Positions 33,694 through 45,230 of a stretch of DNA of 64,000 bases are shown here, piece after piece. Below the pieces are notes generated by a model. That model saw only the letters and a program-made list of their open reading frames with translations. It was not told the origin of the DNA and did not search any database. The stretch's first letter is position 1; every line of letters begins with the position of its first letter. Where the stretch lies: assembly GCA_004764695.1 (NCBI GenBank), contig SMSO01000035.1, forward strand, positions 3,422,040-3,486,039, in the 5' to 3' direction. Source of the DNA: Schizochytrium sp. TIO01 (taxonomy: Eukaryota; Protista; Bigyra: Labyrinthulomycetes). The position numbers were made by a program, and so were the translations under genes.

Positions 33694-36600
33694 TTAGATG
33701 CGCCGGCGCTTGGAAGCGCTGGTAGGCTGCTTTTTACTTTTCGAGGAACCAAGGGCCTCCTGGGTGAATGTTGATTGCCTATTCAGTTTAGGTGTAAGAA
33801 CTGGCGCCTTGTTGAACGCCGACATGAGAGACTGAGGGCCTTCAGATGTGCGCGATTTCGTGGAGTCCGCTCTTGCGATAGCAAAGGGGTTGCGCTTACG
33901 ATTTGGTGAGGTCTTGGTAGGTGTGGACGCGCCTTTGCCAATTACATCATCATCATCATCATCAATGCTTTCAGATCCCGACTCCGCGGCAAGAACCTCC
34001 CGAAGATTTTTCTTCTTATTGTAAGACTGTCCCGCCTCACTTTGCACATCCTCCTCACTATCGCTGGGCTCATTAATAGAGAGAGATTGCAGACTTGTTG
34101 AAGGGGACTTAGCGGTAAGACGCTTCCGCATCTTATTCGACCCAAGAGATTGTTGGCGACGAGGCACTTCCTCCTCCATTTCGCTTTCACCATCACTCTC
34201 ATCGCTGCTTTCATCATCTTCATCATCATCTTCAGCCTCACGGAGAGCCTCACGAATGGCAATTAGATTCTCAATGCGCTGCAACAGCATGAAATCCGCA
34301 CCCGCCTGCTGAGCCTGCTGGTGGGCAATTTGAAGAGATCGTTCCAGGCGAAGACGTTTGACCAAACCGAAGGCTCTGGCGCTCCTGTTAAGCTTGATTG
34401 CAAGAATGAGATGTTTGAGTACCTTGGCATCAAGTTGGGCTTCCTCTTCGGCGAGTTTCTGGTCTGTGAGACGAAATTCAGCTGCATCCGGGTCATTAGC
34501 TGCTACCTCCTTGGCTACCCATTGGACCTGATTGAGCACAAGGTGGGAACGAACGGAATTCTCTTCGAGCTTGTACTTAAGACTACCTGTAGCCATTTTA
34601 AGACCAGCAACGGGCACACACAACTCGTATGAGCTCAGAACAGGTCGAGGGTAAGTTTCAGGAAAACCAAGGTGTTTGCCCTTGCCCTTAAGCACAATTG
34701 CGTTGAGCTTGCCAAGCTGGATACTCACAGGCCACACAACATCATGTTTAGAGCGTCGCAACGAGTTCTCAGAGAGAACCGGTACCCAGTTCCAACCCAT
34801 TGCCTTGGAAAGTACCATGAATGTACCCTTGGAGTCAAGGCATGCAGGCATGTAACCCATTGTCTTATCGGTCATTCCAAGCCATTTCAGTGGCTTTTCC
34901 TCGCCATGCGGCATCGGGAACTGACCGGAAGCAATCATGCCTTGGATTCCACCACCACGAGTTCCTTCCATGCCAACGTTGATAAGTTGATAGCTAAGCT
35001 GCTGAGTACCGTCTGCACTAGGAGCACCAGTGTGGCATACAACAAGAAGAAAAACTCCAGCACCAACCATACTGAGAACAGGTCCAGGAAGTCGAAGAGG
35101 GGCTTCTTGGAGGCCGCTTGGACGGAAAATTCGCAAGGTTCGCTGGTTGGTTGCCACCGCAGCAAATGATGCGCCAGCCGCAACAGCACGGACCTTCTCG
35201 CTTGAAGGCAACTTGGCGGTCCAGTCAGAATTGTTCGAACGAGAATCGAATGACTTGTAGAAAACAGTTGACCCAGCACCGAAACGAGCCTCGAGGCGAT
35301 CCTCAAGTGTTTCAGCCTTGGATGAGGAATTGCCAAGAAGTTGATCTGGGTTGACGCCTGCAGCATCAGCTTGGTCAGCGATGTCCATGTATGCACGGAG
35401 CACACCGTTTTCATTCTGGTTAGCACGAATTTCATCAGCAAGGCCATCTTCAGGAAGTTCCGGGGTCCAGTCTGTATCTTTAGCGCTTTTTTGGTCGACT
35501 GAGCTGGCACCAAAGCCAGAGGAATCACCAAGCTGACCGGGTGTCGCGAAGATAGCTCCAGAGGCGCCCAAAGCTGCCATAGTGAAGCCATAGTGATCCG
35601 AGAAGCGAACCCGTCGGTGGTCTACTGAGTTTGCAAAATCAATCTCAACAGAATTATGGGTATCCTCTGAGCGGAATGTGATACTTCCAATTGAGTTCCA
35701 GGCCAAAAAACGACGTTCTTCAGTCTCAGGCGTAGCACCAGGCATAAGAACTGGCTGGCGCTGCGGCTGGCGAGGGAGGAGCTGATCAAGCGAAGATTTG
35801 ATCTGGCCTTCAAGTTCATCATACTTGACAAAAACTCCACGACTGGCGGTACTAGAATCAAATCCCGTAGTTTGGTTTCGATCAAGATCATCATCATCAT
35901 TCATGTCGAGTTCATCCCCCATGTCATCAACATCACCGACACTGTCGCCTTCACGGTCGTTTTCTTCGTTATCTTCCCTCATGAGACCATGATCCTTTCG
36001 GATTTGAGAGATTGAGTTCTTTGGATCATCGTCATCGTCATCAAGCTCCTCAAGATCCATATCGTTATTGATAACGCCCTTCTTTTGCGCTGCTTCGCCC
36101 GATTTTGGCAAACTAGGCGTCTGCTTCTCAGCTACAACCTCGAGGGCATTGCCAATTTCGGAGGGGACGACACGGGCATACCAGTGCACATTTCCATCCA
36201 TGGAGAGAGCGAGAACACCATGACGTTTCTTTGGCCATGAGAGAACCTGGATACTGCTGTGCCTGTCGCTTACACTGCCGTCTGCGGTTTCAAGAATACG
36301 CGAATCTTTAGACTGTACGTTGATCAAGGCAAGGTCACCCTGTGTGTCTGCATATACAATATATTTGTCGTTGGGAGACCAAGCCAAAGCTTGCACCTGG
36401 TGATCCTTAGCTTCTGAGGTATGAGCTGTGCGTTGAATCTTGGTCCAGGATCCAGAAGAAATTAGTTCCGCACCTGCAAGGCCGGCCACGGCCAGAGTCT
36501 TGCCAGATCGGCTCCAGGCAAGCTGCACAGGCTTGGATTTCGCGGGGTCCTCTTCAGTGTCTGCTAGAGCGAGGCGGTCAAACTTTTTCACAAGTTTGTT

Positions 36601-37822
36601 CTCAGCAAAGGCCCAAACAATAACCTGCCCATTTGTGGCAACTGAAGCCAGGAAGTCGCCTTCAGGGGACCATGCAAGGCTTTTGATTGCTGCGGAGTGG
36701 CCCTTAAGCTCCTTTACCTCCTGGGATGCCAGGTTCATTAGACGCACAATGTTCTCATCTGTGCCAATTGCAAGAGTTTGCCCGTTTGGGCTAAACGCAA
36801 CGGCGCGGACAGGACCAGGGGCACGGTACAGAAGCTTTGAGATGCGGCCTAATGATTTGGAGTCGCGGTCGCTGGGGATGGTGATCAGATTGACATGACC
36901 GCCCGATCCACCGCAAGCTGCTTGGGTGCTTTTGACCGGATGAGCATCTACGCAGAGCACATTATCGATGTCGCCGATATCCTTGAGGACCTCGCGAGTG
37001 TTTACATCAAGAAGACGAATGCCCAGAGATCCAGCAGCAAAAGGCCAACTCTGCGTCTGCATTAACTGCGAGTCCAGAGCGTCCAGGTGGAAGGACTACA
37101 CGTGAGACATGGGCAGGCATCTTGTCCGAACCAAGGCTGAAGATGGTTTTGGGGATGTCCTGAGTAGGCGCATCCCCAGTATCAAGAATATCAGGAAACT
37201 TCTCCATTTGTGAAGGAGATTGCGATTTGGGGCTATGCTGAGCACTGTCTGCGCCGTCGTTATCGTTTTGGCTTTGAGACATTTCAAGGTTGTCCGCCGC
37301 GAAGTCATCGTCCATATCAAGCAATTCCCCGTCATCCTCTTCGTCATTACTCTTTCCACTGGAAACTTTCCGATCGTGCTCCTTGCTAGCAGGTTGAACG
37401 ATAACTTTACCACCCTTGGACATTGACTTTTGCGAGGATTCAACCTTGTCATCGTCATTGTCCTCGATATCTGAGTCTTCCAATTGACTTTGGGACCCCA
37501 TGACCTCTTGCGTGGGCTGCATAGATGGATCCTCAAGGTCCATGGATGTCATACTCTGCTGTGTTTCTGCGACCATCGAGGCCTGTACTGCTCTCGACGT
37601 GCTAGATTCCTCAATCTGTTTCTCGGTCTCCTGCTTCTCAGTCTCCTCCATGGTTAATTGCTGGACCTCTGTGGCGGCGTTGGAACTCCGAATGTTACTG
37701 TTAATGTTCTTGTTTCCATCAACTGTCTTCCCGTTATCAATGTCGTCGTGGTCCATCGTATCCACAGACCCGACAGAACTAAGGTCGTCGTCCAAGAGGT
37801 TGCCCTCTTTGCCACCGGCCAT
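33694..37822 (-). CDS. WDHD1: Ctf4/And-1 (WD40 + SepB) replisome adaptor with an acidic N-terminal extension; split by a 1-nt frameshift near 37040
   Basis: WD40 blades (GHSAAIKSLAWSPEGDFLAS), SepB signature PGATPETEERRFLAWNSIGSI, WVPV, VWPV and C-terminal NPF. The upstream ORF 37007-37900 (ATG 37822) fuses to complete the first WD blade. Confidence 0.85.
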
Positions 37823-38632
37823 GGTGGGTCTGCGAGCGAGGACCTCGGTCTTCGCAAGCGATCTTTGCAGGCCAACGGAGCGAGGCTTCAAGCTCTGCAA
37901 GAAACTCGGTCACTCGATAACTGCGCTCTGGACTGTTGAAGTGCCTTGCAGCACTCCGACAGTTTGTTGTTTGTCAGTCGCGATTGCAGTTAAGTCGTTG
38001 TCCTCAGTTCGTGTTCATACTTCGACTTTAAAACTTTAATCAATGAAGATGGTCGTTAGGTTACTTACTGACCTAACCACCGCCGCGATGAGCAAAAAAA
38101 ATGGGTTGTGCAGATTTCTTCCTAAAAGAAAGTAAAATGGGTTGTGCACTTCCAATGGGCTTGGCTTAATCAAATTTGGTTATTGATTAACTACTATGGA
38201 GCCAATGCCACAGTATACAAGGAAAGCCGCACGGTGGGCTAGAGATCGTTTCCTTTCAGGCCCGCTTAATCTTTCGTCGAGGCAGCAAGTCTGCTCGTCA
38301 AAGAGCAGAAGAGAAGAGTCGCTCCTTGTATCTATGAAAACGCTAAAAATTATAATCACCAAATGGTAGTGCCTATAAATGAAATCTTATCATTATTTTA
38401 GGTCTTTGTTTAGCAAGGTAAGAAATTGGAATGGCCCAGGAACCACCAAGCTCTAAACACAGCAAGTGAGGCAGACCTTCAATTCAAGTTATAAAAGTAC
38501 GTCGACCAGAAGCCTGATGGCACCTCAGCAATTCCCTCCGGGTAAGTAATCGCATATGCGCAAGCGAAAATGTTGAGGGCACTTCTGGCTGCAGTTTGTT
38601 CCGGTGGCCTTGGGCGACGCAGCATTGACCGT

Positions 38633-38778
38633 ACCATTATCATGCCATAGTGGGCCCCGTCAAGCAAAAAGAGATTTTCAAATGTCAGATTGGTGCCTAT
38701 ACAGACGTCTCCGCTGTGTACAAAGACTTTGGTAAGGGGGTCAACTTCAACAGGCCGGGCTTGCGGATCCTACTGGAC
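38633..38778 (+). pseudogene. tnpA: IS607 TnpA serine recombinase fragment
   Basis: TII/(frameshift)/AIVGPVKQKEIFKCQI...VYKDFGKGVNFNRPGLRILLD resembles the IS607 pattern IYARVSS.KQK.DL.RQI...DIGSGLNFKRKGL..LL. Confidence 0.75.
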
Positions 38779-38782
38779 TATC

Positions 38783-39132
38783 GAGATTCACTGCAAGCTT
38801 ACACTTTGACTCTGTGACAACTATAAATATGAAAACTCAACAAGTTAACAAAATAAATCAAATCCAAGTCAGCTCGAATGATATGTCGTTCGTTGGCTGA
38901 AGACAAGAGATCATTCACAAAGCCGAGCTTTCCCCCTGCCAATGATGTCAACTGGTTAGTTGCCGAGATAATTGCACTCCGAAACTATGCAATGAATGTG
39001 GTACCATCCGCGACAAGCTCGGAACATTCAAAATCTTCAAATGCCCTAAATGCCTGCAAACACGTGCCCGATCGTGATACCCATGTTACCAGAGGCATTA
39101 CTTCGCGCTACCTATTCAAGGATATAATTTAA
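38783..39132 (+). pseudogene. Fanzor2/TnpB 3' part (RuvC-II region, zinc finger, RuvC-III)
   Basis: Read across frameshifts and stops: EIHCKLTL*LCDNY, KYE/TQQV, K*IKSKSARMIC, RQEIIHKAEL, CTPKLCNECGTIRDKLGTFKIFKCPKC, KHVPDRDTHVTRGITSRYL. Confidence 0.8.
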
Positions 39133-39760
39133 GAATTACCTTTGAGTCGTGGATTAGTTTTTTCACCCGCGATTGGGCCTTAGCCCCATTTTATTACCAT
39201 AGGAAATGCAAGTTTTGCAGACTTTACAGGTTAAATCCTTAGGGCACCGTAATACATTACTATACATAGCGTAAGCACTCTCTCGAATTAGATGCTGTTC
39301 TTGTTGATCCTTAACTTGGATATAAAATTCGAGTCTATGTAGCAGACATACAAACATGCTAAATGTCATACAAATGTGTCTTAACATACTCAAGTTAAAG
39401 AGCTCATAGAAACAGCCTTTACTGATGATGAGCGGCTCCCATAATAGATTGAGCGATGTTTTGAATGCACCATTTGGCGTATTGCTATTGTGGAACAGCT
39501 AGCATTTGTATATAGTGGTGCTAAGAGAAATCAAAGCCCATCAAACTTGACACAAAACTTAACCATGAAAATGCAAGGAGTCCATAGTAAAAGATCAAAA
39601 CCTAAACTATCAAAGTAGTGGGACGATTCAGCTTATTGGGGGATACAGAGAAATCTCACAGTACATGAAGAATATTACGCATTTGGTATATTATTAACTT
39701 TTCCTAATTCAATTGATGTGGACAATGAACTTTTCATTCGCTCAACCGAAAGCATCCAGC

Positions 39761-42418
39761 TTATGCCTCTGCCTCCTTGACATCACCCTGAGCAGGTGTT
39801 GCCTCTTCCTGATCTTCCTTTTCAGCTTCGGTTTCAGCAGGGCGCTTGTTGCTGTTTGGCTTGGTTTCTTCTGCTCCCTCCTTAGTCTCTGCCTTGGCTT
39901 CTGCTGATTCTTCCTTCTCCTTCTTAGCAGCGGCGGCAGCAGACTCCTTAGCAGCTTCAATCTCAGCCTTCTTCTGGAGCTCCTTCTCAAGACGGTCCTT
40001 GGCGGTATCTTCAAGATGCTCCACAAGCACGGACTCAACATCGCTCGTACAGGGCTTCATGAGACCCGCCTTAATGCAGTGGTTGTAGGTGCTCATGAGC
40101 TCCTCCTTGTTGACAAGGGCGTGAAGCGTAAGTCCAGCCCAGAGGGACAGTGCGAAGGGCTTTCCGAATGTGTCAAGGTAGCGCTCGTGGTCCTCCTTCG
40201 TGAGTCCAGCGATGACAGCACCCTTGTTAAAGGATCCCGTGAAGTGCTCTTGAAGACGCTCAGTGAGTGCCTGCATTGGGACTCCAAAAAAGCGGTCGCG
40301 GACAAGCTTAGCCTTGGGGTCCTTGACGTCGAAGGTCGAGAAGTGGATGAGCTGCGCGAAGTCATCAAGGGTGATCTCGACCTTGCGCTGTGTGACAAAG
40401 GGGAGGACGAGCTCGAGAGCGCCCTGAGTGAAGCGGTAGGCATCCTCAACACCGCGGCGCTTCTCTGTACGCTTGAGAAGGACCATGCCACCATTCACAA
40501 CATGGAGCTTCTGCTTCTTGTTAGAGTGGATAATCTCGGCAGCGGACTTGGAGAGGAAAGTGATGTTCTTTGGCGCGACCTCATTCTTCTCGACAGCGCG
40601 GGTCTTTTCGAGGCGGCGGCGCTTGTTGACCTTGGATCCGAGTCCGGCCTCTCCGGAGCCGGTACGGTAAAAGAGCTGTGAGACATTGCCAAATTCAGAT
40701 TGGATTCCAAAGTAATCAGTGACAGGGTCCCAGAGACTGTTTGGGACCGGGATCATATCGTCGTCACGCATGACCTGGGCCTCGCGCTCTGTAATCTCGT
40801 TCTCCTCGAGCTCCTCCTCCTCTTCTTCCTCCTGGTTCTCTGCTGCTTCCTTGTTATCCTCGTCCTTCATCTTGGCATCCTCATCAGTTGACGCCTTAGG
40901 TTTCTTTGCCGGCATAGGTTTACGCGTTGACTTGACCTTCTTGAGCACAGCCACAAAAAATCCACCTGTATCCTGATCATTAGGCATGATTCTCATGCAC
41001 CTGTCTAGGTGCATCTTAGCAGCCTCCTCTTCAGTGGGCGGGAAGCATGATTTATAGGCCGCAGGCACATCCTTTCCAGGGGGGTTCTCTTTGGCGAATG
41101 CCTCGTACTCCTCAAAGGTCTCAAATGTGCGGAGGCTGAGGTTCTCTGGCGCACCCTCGATGACATCATCAGGCTTGACCTCCTTGTGGTTAGGGCAATC
41201 ACCCTTATCGGACTTGGTGGGGTCGATCTGGGGAATTGCCACTTTCCAAGTAGACTTTCCAGCGCGTCTGATAAGACCGGGAAGTTGACCCTCGGTGTCC
41301 ACAAGCTCCACAGCACCATCGAAGTGGCGGAGGAGTTGAGCCACAACAGCCTCATCTTCCATGGGGTTGATGCTGCATGTAGAGTAAACCATGGTGCCTC
41401 CAACGCGGAGCATGTTGAGTCCTCGGCGTGCGATCTGGATCTGGAGCGGGTGTAGGATAAGGCCGCTGCCAGGTGTCCAGGAGCGCCAGAGGTCGGGAGA
41501 CTTTCGAAGGGTTCCGTCTCCACTGCAGGGCACATCTGCGAGGATGCGGTCGAAGAAGCCTTCCCCGTGTTCCTCGCGGTAAGCCCTTAGCTTCTCGCGG
41601 TCGTTCTCGTTCACAATGTTCTCCAGGGATGGGAATGACTGCGCGTTGTGGCACGTTACAATCAGGTTTGCACTGTTCGTGGCCCTCATGCGGTTCATCA
41701 ACATGTGCGTCCGGTTCGCAGCAGCATCGTTTGCAACCACCAGACCTGTCGGGGGTGCAAAATTCCTGCTCCTATCGTCCTTGTGGATGGCCTCCAGCAG
41801 CTGTGCTGTCTTAGATCCGGGCGCAGCACACATGTCGAGCACTTTGTGATGCGGTTGTACGTCCAGGAACTGCGGCGGAATCATTGATGCCTCCTCCTGG
41901 CGCATGATGTTGCCTGTCTCCTCCTCAGCAATCAAAAAGTTCTTCAGGTTTCCAAGGCTCTTCATCTTGCGAACCGTGCGACGGTCAACGCCAAAGCGCC
42001 ATGCGTTACGCTCGGGGTACCATGGGAGGGCAAGTGGCGGCATGACGGTGTCCACGTGTGCCTGCTCGCGTTCTTCAGGGGGCACCTGCATGGGGAGACC
42101 TTGTGAGAGCTCAGTCTCGATCTTCTCGCGGAGCTGGTTGACGTAGGGAGAGGAGGCATCGAGGCGGATGGTAATGGGGAGGACCTCGAGCATTTTGACA
42201 TAAAAGGCGTCACGGTCAGCATCGGAGTCAAAGACGCCCTGCATGGCGTAGTACTCGCGGTGCACGCGGTTCGTGGTCGCCTTCACGAGCCACGCTTTGC
42301 CACGGCGGGGGTCGTCGCGGCTGTCACCACCCTTGTTGTTGTTGCCATTGCCATTGTTGTTGTTATTGTTGTTGTTGCGACGCCGGGCGTGACGCTTACC
42401 GCGAATGTGTTTGCCCAT
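39761..42418 (-). CDS. NSUN2: tRNA (cytosine-C5)-methyltransferase NSUN2/Trm4
   Basis: RQEEASMIPP, VLDMCAAPGSKT, FDRILADVPCSGDGT, VYSTCSINPMEDEAVV, DTGGFFVA. Confidence 0.95.
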   Translation of the reverse strand: MGKHIRGKRHARRRNNNNNNNNGNGNNNKGGDSRDDPRRGKAWLVKATTNRVHREYYAMQGVFDSDADRDAFYVKMLEVLPITIRLDASSPYVNQLREKIETELSQGLPMQVPPEEREQAHVDTVMPPLALPWYPERNAWRFGVDRRTVRKMKSLGNLKNFLIAEEETGNIMRQEEASMIPPQFLDVQPHHKVLDMCAAPGSKTAQLLEAIHKDDRSRNFAPPTGLVVANDAAANRTHMLMNRMRATNSANLIVTCHNAQSFPSLENIVNENDREKLRAYREEHGEGFFDRILADVPCSGDGTLRKSPDLWRSWTPGSGLILHPLQIQIARRGLNMLRVGGTMVYSTCSINPMEDEAVVAQLLRHFDGAVELVDTEGQLPGLIRRAGKSTWKVAIPQIDPTKSDKGDCPNHKEVKPDDVIEGAPENLSLRTFETFEEYEAFAKENPPGKDVPAAYKSCFPPTEEEAAKMHLDRCMRIMPNDQDTGGFFVAVLKKVKSTRKPMPAKKPKASTDEDAKMKDEDNKEAAENQEEEEEEELEENEITEREAQVMRDDDMIPVPNSLWDPVTDYFGIQSEFGNVSQLFYRTGSGEAGLGSKVNKRRRLEKTRAVEKNEVAPKNITFLSKSAAEIIHSNKKQKLHVVNGGMVLLKRTEKRRGVEDAYRFTQGALELVLPFVTQRKVEITLDDFAQLIHFSTFDVKDPKAKLVRDRFFGVPMQALTERLQEHFTGSFNKGAVIAGLTKEDHERYLDTFGKPFALSLWAGLTLHALVNKEELMSTYNHCIKAGLMKPCTSDVESVLVEHLEDTAKDRLEKELQKKAEIEAAKESAAAAAKKEKEESAEAKAETKEGAEETKPNSNKRPAETEAEKEDQEEATPAQGDVKEAEA

Positions 42419-43724
42419 GGTTCGCCGAGGTGAAGTTTACGGTTTGCTGAGGTAGTTTGGGTGTTGAAGACTCAAATGCCGATGGCAAGGGTCTCAAAAA
42501 GTTTTTCACTGGTGTAGGAGACCAGAGACCAGGTTTCGAAGGCCACGGAGTAAGACGCGCCGAACGCGAAGGTGAGGTCCTTCGTCGTCGACTTACTCGC
42601 AAGCTTCGATGATTGAGTGATCAACCGTGATCAACCTATCGATGAGGTTTGGGCCAAAGCTCTTGGCAAATCAATGCACGAGCGTGGAAAGAACACCAGA
42701 TTTTCAATGGTAATCGTTATAAGCCGTGAATGGAATCAATTTCTTCTATTGTACAGTACATTTGTTTCATTTGTTACAATAGGTTATTTTAGTTTTCTAT
42801 GAAACAAGTTCAACCAAATGAAACTTAAAAAGGTTTCCAGAGCAGCTTAAACCAGAGCACCGAATAAATCGTCAACGATGAACATACTGTCGAATGACAA
42901 TCAATTCACACGCCAGGCTCCTGCGATGACACATTTGGCATTCTAGACCCTCTGGATCACATGGTTCAATATACAGCTTGCTCTCTAGCTACTCAGCTGT
43001 TCGCTGCGCGCTTCAAAGCTCATCTCCATTTTGGCCAGAACTTCTCTCCTTCTCTGTCCCTCACCACCAATCGCTATAACCTACTTGCGATTCTTATACT
43101 CCACTTGTCAACCTATTTACTCTCTGTAATAAACTCATATAACTGACTTTGGGCTCTTTTCACAATACGCTATTCACCTTTTCTCCATTTTACTTTTTTA
43201 ATCTAGCATTCTATCAACCCAAAGGAGGCACCTAGGTACTGTCTTAGAGCTTTACAAATTCCTTCTTACCAAAACTGTAAGAATTAAATATGCGATAGTA
43301 TTGCGGTATTTCGTGTTCCGCTGATATTAATCTTCTACTTCAACTAAGGTATACATACCCCTATAGTTATACGTACACAGATACCTGAATGCATTGTAAG
43401 TACTAAAATACTTGGCATGTAGTTGCTTATATATTTAATAAGCTAGGCAATATATTTTAGTACAGGATGGTGTATTTTATTTGGTCCGATGTATTTTCTC
43501 TGTTTCTCTGTCTTTGATCATCTGAGGTCGTGGCGCTGCGCATCACCAAGCCTCATTCTTGCAAGCTGCTCTGCAGCGCCGTGGCTGTCGAGCGTCATCC
43601 GCTCGCTATTTCCTAACTAACTTTTCGATCTCTTTCTGTGTACCTTTATATCGTCCTTTCGGACACTCAGCTAGCACCAGCAGAGCTTTGTTTGAGGTCC
43701 TTTCATCGGGCACAGCATCGCGCC

Positions 43725-45230
43725 ATGAGCGAGCTCGAAGCAGCCGCCAACGAAGGCCAGGCTCAGGAGGTGCAGCCGTCTCAGGCAGAACTAGAAGCTG
43801 AGCAAAAGCGTGCAGAAAAGGAGCGCCGCCGCAAGGAGTTTGAGGCTCGCAACAAGGACAAGCTTGCCAGCAAGCCTAAGCTGTCCAAGAAGGAGCGTCG
43901 CGAGAAACAGGAACGCGAAAAGGCCGCTAAGCAAGCAGGCGTGTCTGTAAAGAACGCTCCAAAAGTTGCAGGTCAGGCTAGCAATGGGGCCTCTTCAACT
44001 GGTAACGTCGCTGGCGGAAATAACAATGCCTCTGGAAGCGTCGCAGGAAATCCCGGCTCCAGGAGTTTTGGAGGAGGGTCTGTGGCCGAGTCCGCTGCAG
44101 CGCAGCAGCAACAGCTTCTAGTGCAGCAGGTGCAACAGGAGATGGCTCAGAAGCAGTCTCTTTCCAACGTCTTCGCACACCTTACACCGTTCAGGCCACA
44201 AGTGAGCTCCGCATCAATGCAGGTTGATCTCGGCGAGGATAACAAGGTTCACCCAGCGGTGATCTCGGTGGGACTTAAGTTCGCATCCGGAGATCTGCGA
44301 GGATCGAACACACGCATGGTGGCCATGCTTCAGGCCTTTAAGGAGGTTATTGCAGACTATTCCCGGCCGGAGAATGCCAGCGTTGCGCGTGATCTTGACC
44401 GTCGACTCAAGCCAATGATTCAGTTTCTCATTGACTGCAGGCCGCACAGTATTAGCATGGGCAATGCCATCAAGCACCTTCGTCACGCTATCTCTGCGCT
44501 CCCGCCTGATTTGACAGAGGCTGAGGCGAAGGAGGAACTATTTGATGTCATCGATACCTATGTGCACACCAACGTTACTCTTGCTCAGAAGGAACTCGTT
44601 CGCATTGGACTTAGCAAGATTTCCAACGGCGACGTCATTCTCACCTTCGGTCGTAATGGAGCAGTGGAGAAGCTTTTGCTGGCCGCACACGAGCAAGGTG
44701 TACGTTTTGAAGTCGTTGTCGTGAGCTGTCGTCCGGACCACGATGGTGAGGACATTGTCAAGCGTCTTGCCTCTGCAGGCATCCCGTGTACCTTTATTGT
44801 GCTCTCATCTATCTCTTATATGATGGGTTCTGTCACCAAGGTTATTCTTGGCGCTGCTGCTATGCTCTCTAACGGTACGATGCTTGGGCAGGCCGGCACC
44901 GCGCTCGTTGCTATGATGGCAAAGAGCATGCGCAAGCCTGTGCTAGTATGCTGTGAGTCTCACAAGTTCTCAGAGCGTGTTCAACTGGACAGCATCACCA
45001 ACAATGAGATTGGAGACCCCGATGCTCTCGTGCTTCCTGAGGCTTGGGATGGCGTGGAGGGCCGTCCCACGTTAGCCTCTTGGCGCGAGAACCCGCAGCT
45101 CGAGCTTCTCAACTTGCGCTACGACCTTACACCTCAGGCTTATATTTCTGTGCTGGTGACCGAATTTGGACTTGTCCCGGCCACCTCTGTACCCGTCATT
45201 GTCCGTGAGAAAGAGGAGGTGATGCTTTAA
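43725..45230 (+). CDS. EIF2B4: Translation initiation factor eIF2B subunit delta
   Basis: Likely ATG at 43725. Motifs VHPAV, GSNTRMVAML, CRPHSISMGNAIK, GDVILTFG, CCESHKFSERVQLDS, NLRYDLTP, TEFGLVPATSVPVI. Confidence 0.93.
   Translation: MSELEAAANEGQAQEVQPSQAELEAEQKRAEKERRRKEFEARNKDKLASKPKLSKKERREKQEREKAAKQAGVSVKNAPKVAGQASNGASSTGNVAGGNNNASGSVAGNPGSRSFGGGSVAESAAAQQQQLLVQQVQQEMAQKQSLSNVFAHLTPFRPQVSSASMQVDLGEDNKVHPAVISVGLKFASGDLRGSNTRMVAMLQAFKEVIADYSRPENASVARDLDRRLKPMIQFLIDCRPHSISMGNAIKHLRHAISALPPDLTEAEAKEELFDVIDTYVHTNVTLAQKELVRIGLSKISNGDVILTFGRNGAVEKLLLAAHEQGVRFEVVVVSCRPDHDGEDIVKRLASAGIPCTFIVLSSISYMMGSVTKVILGAAAMLSNGTMLGQAGTALVAMMAKSMRKPVLVCCESHKFSERVQLDSITNNEIGDPDALVLPEAWDGVEGRPTLASWRENPQLELLNLRYDLTPQAYISVLVTEFGLVPATSVPVIVREKEEVML

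Larger units (their letters stand above)
38431..39245 (+). mobile_element. Decayed, internally deleted IS607-family element with a Fanzor2/TnpB remnant (ends approximate)
   Basis: Resolvase relic at 38633-38778, Fanzor relic at 38783-39132, then consecutive hairpins at 39145-39219. Confidence 0.75.

Noticed and set aside
37051-37066. 16-nt GT-AG micro-intron resolving the WDHD1 frameshift
   Set aside because: Implausibly short, and it would remove residues that fit the WD40 blade; a single-base indel explains the split better.
38878-39132. 84-aa ORF as a standalone small gene
   Set aside because: It is a mixed-frame read-through of the Fanzor pseudogene; only its ends are in the ancestral frame.
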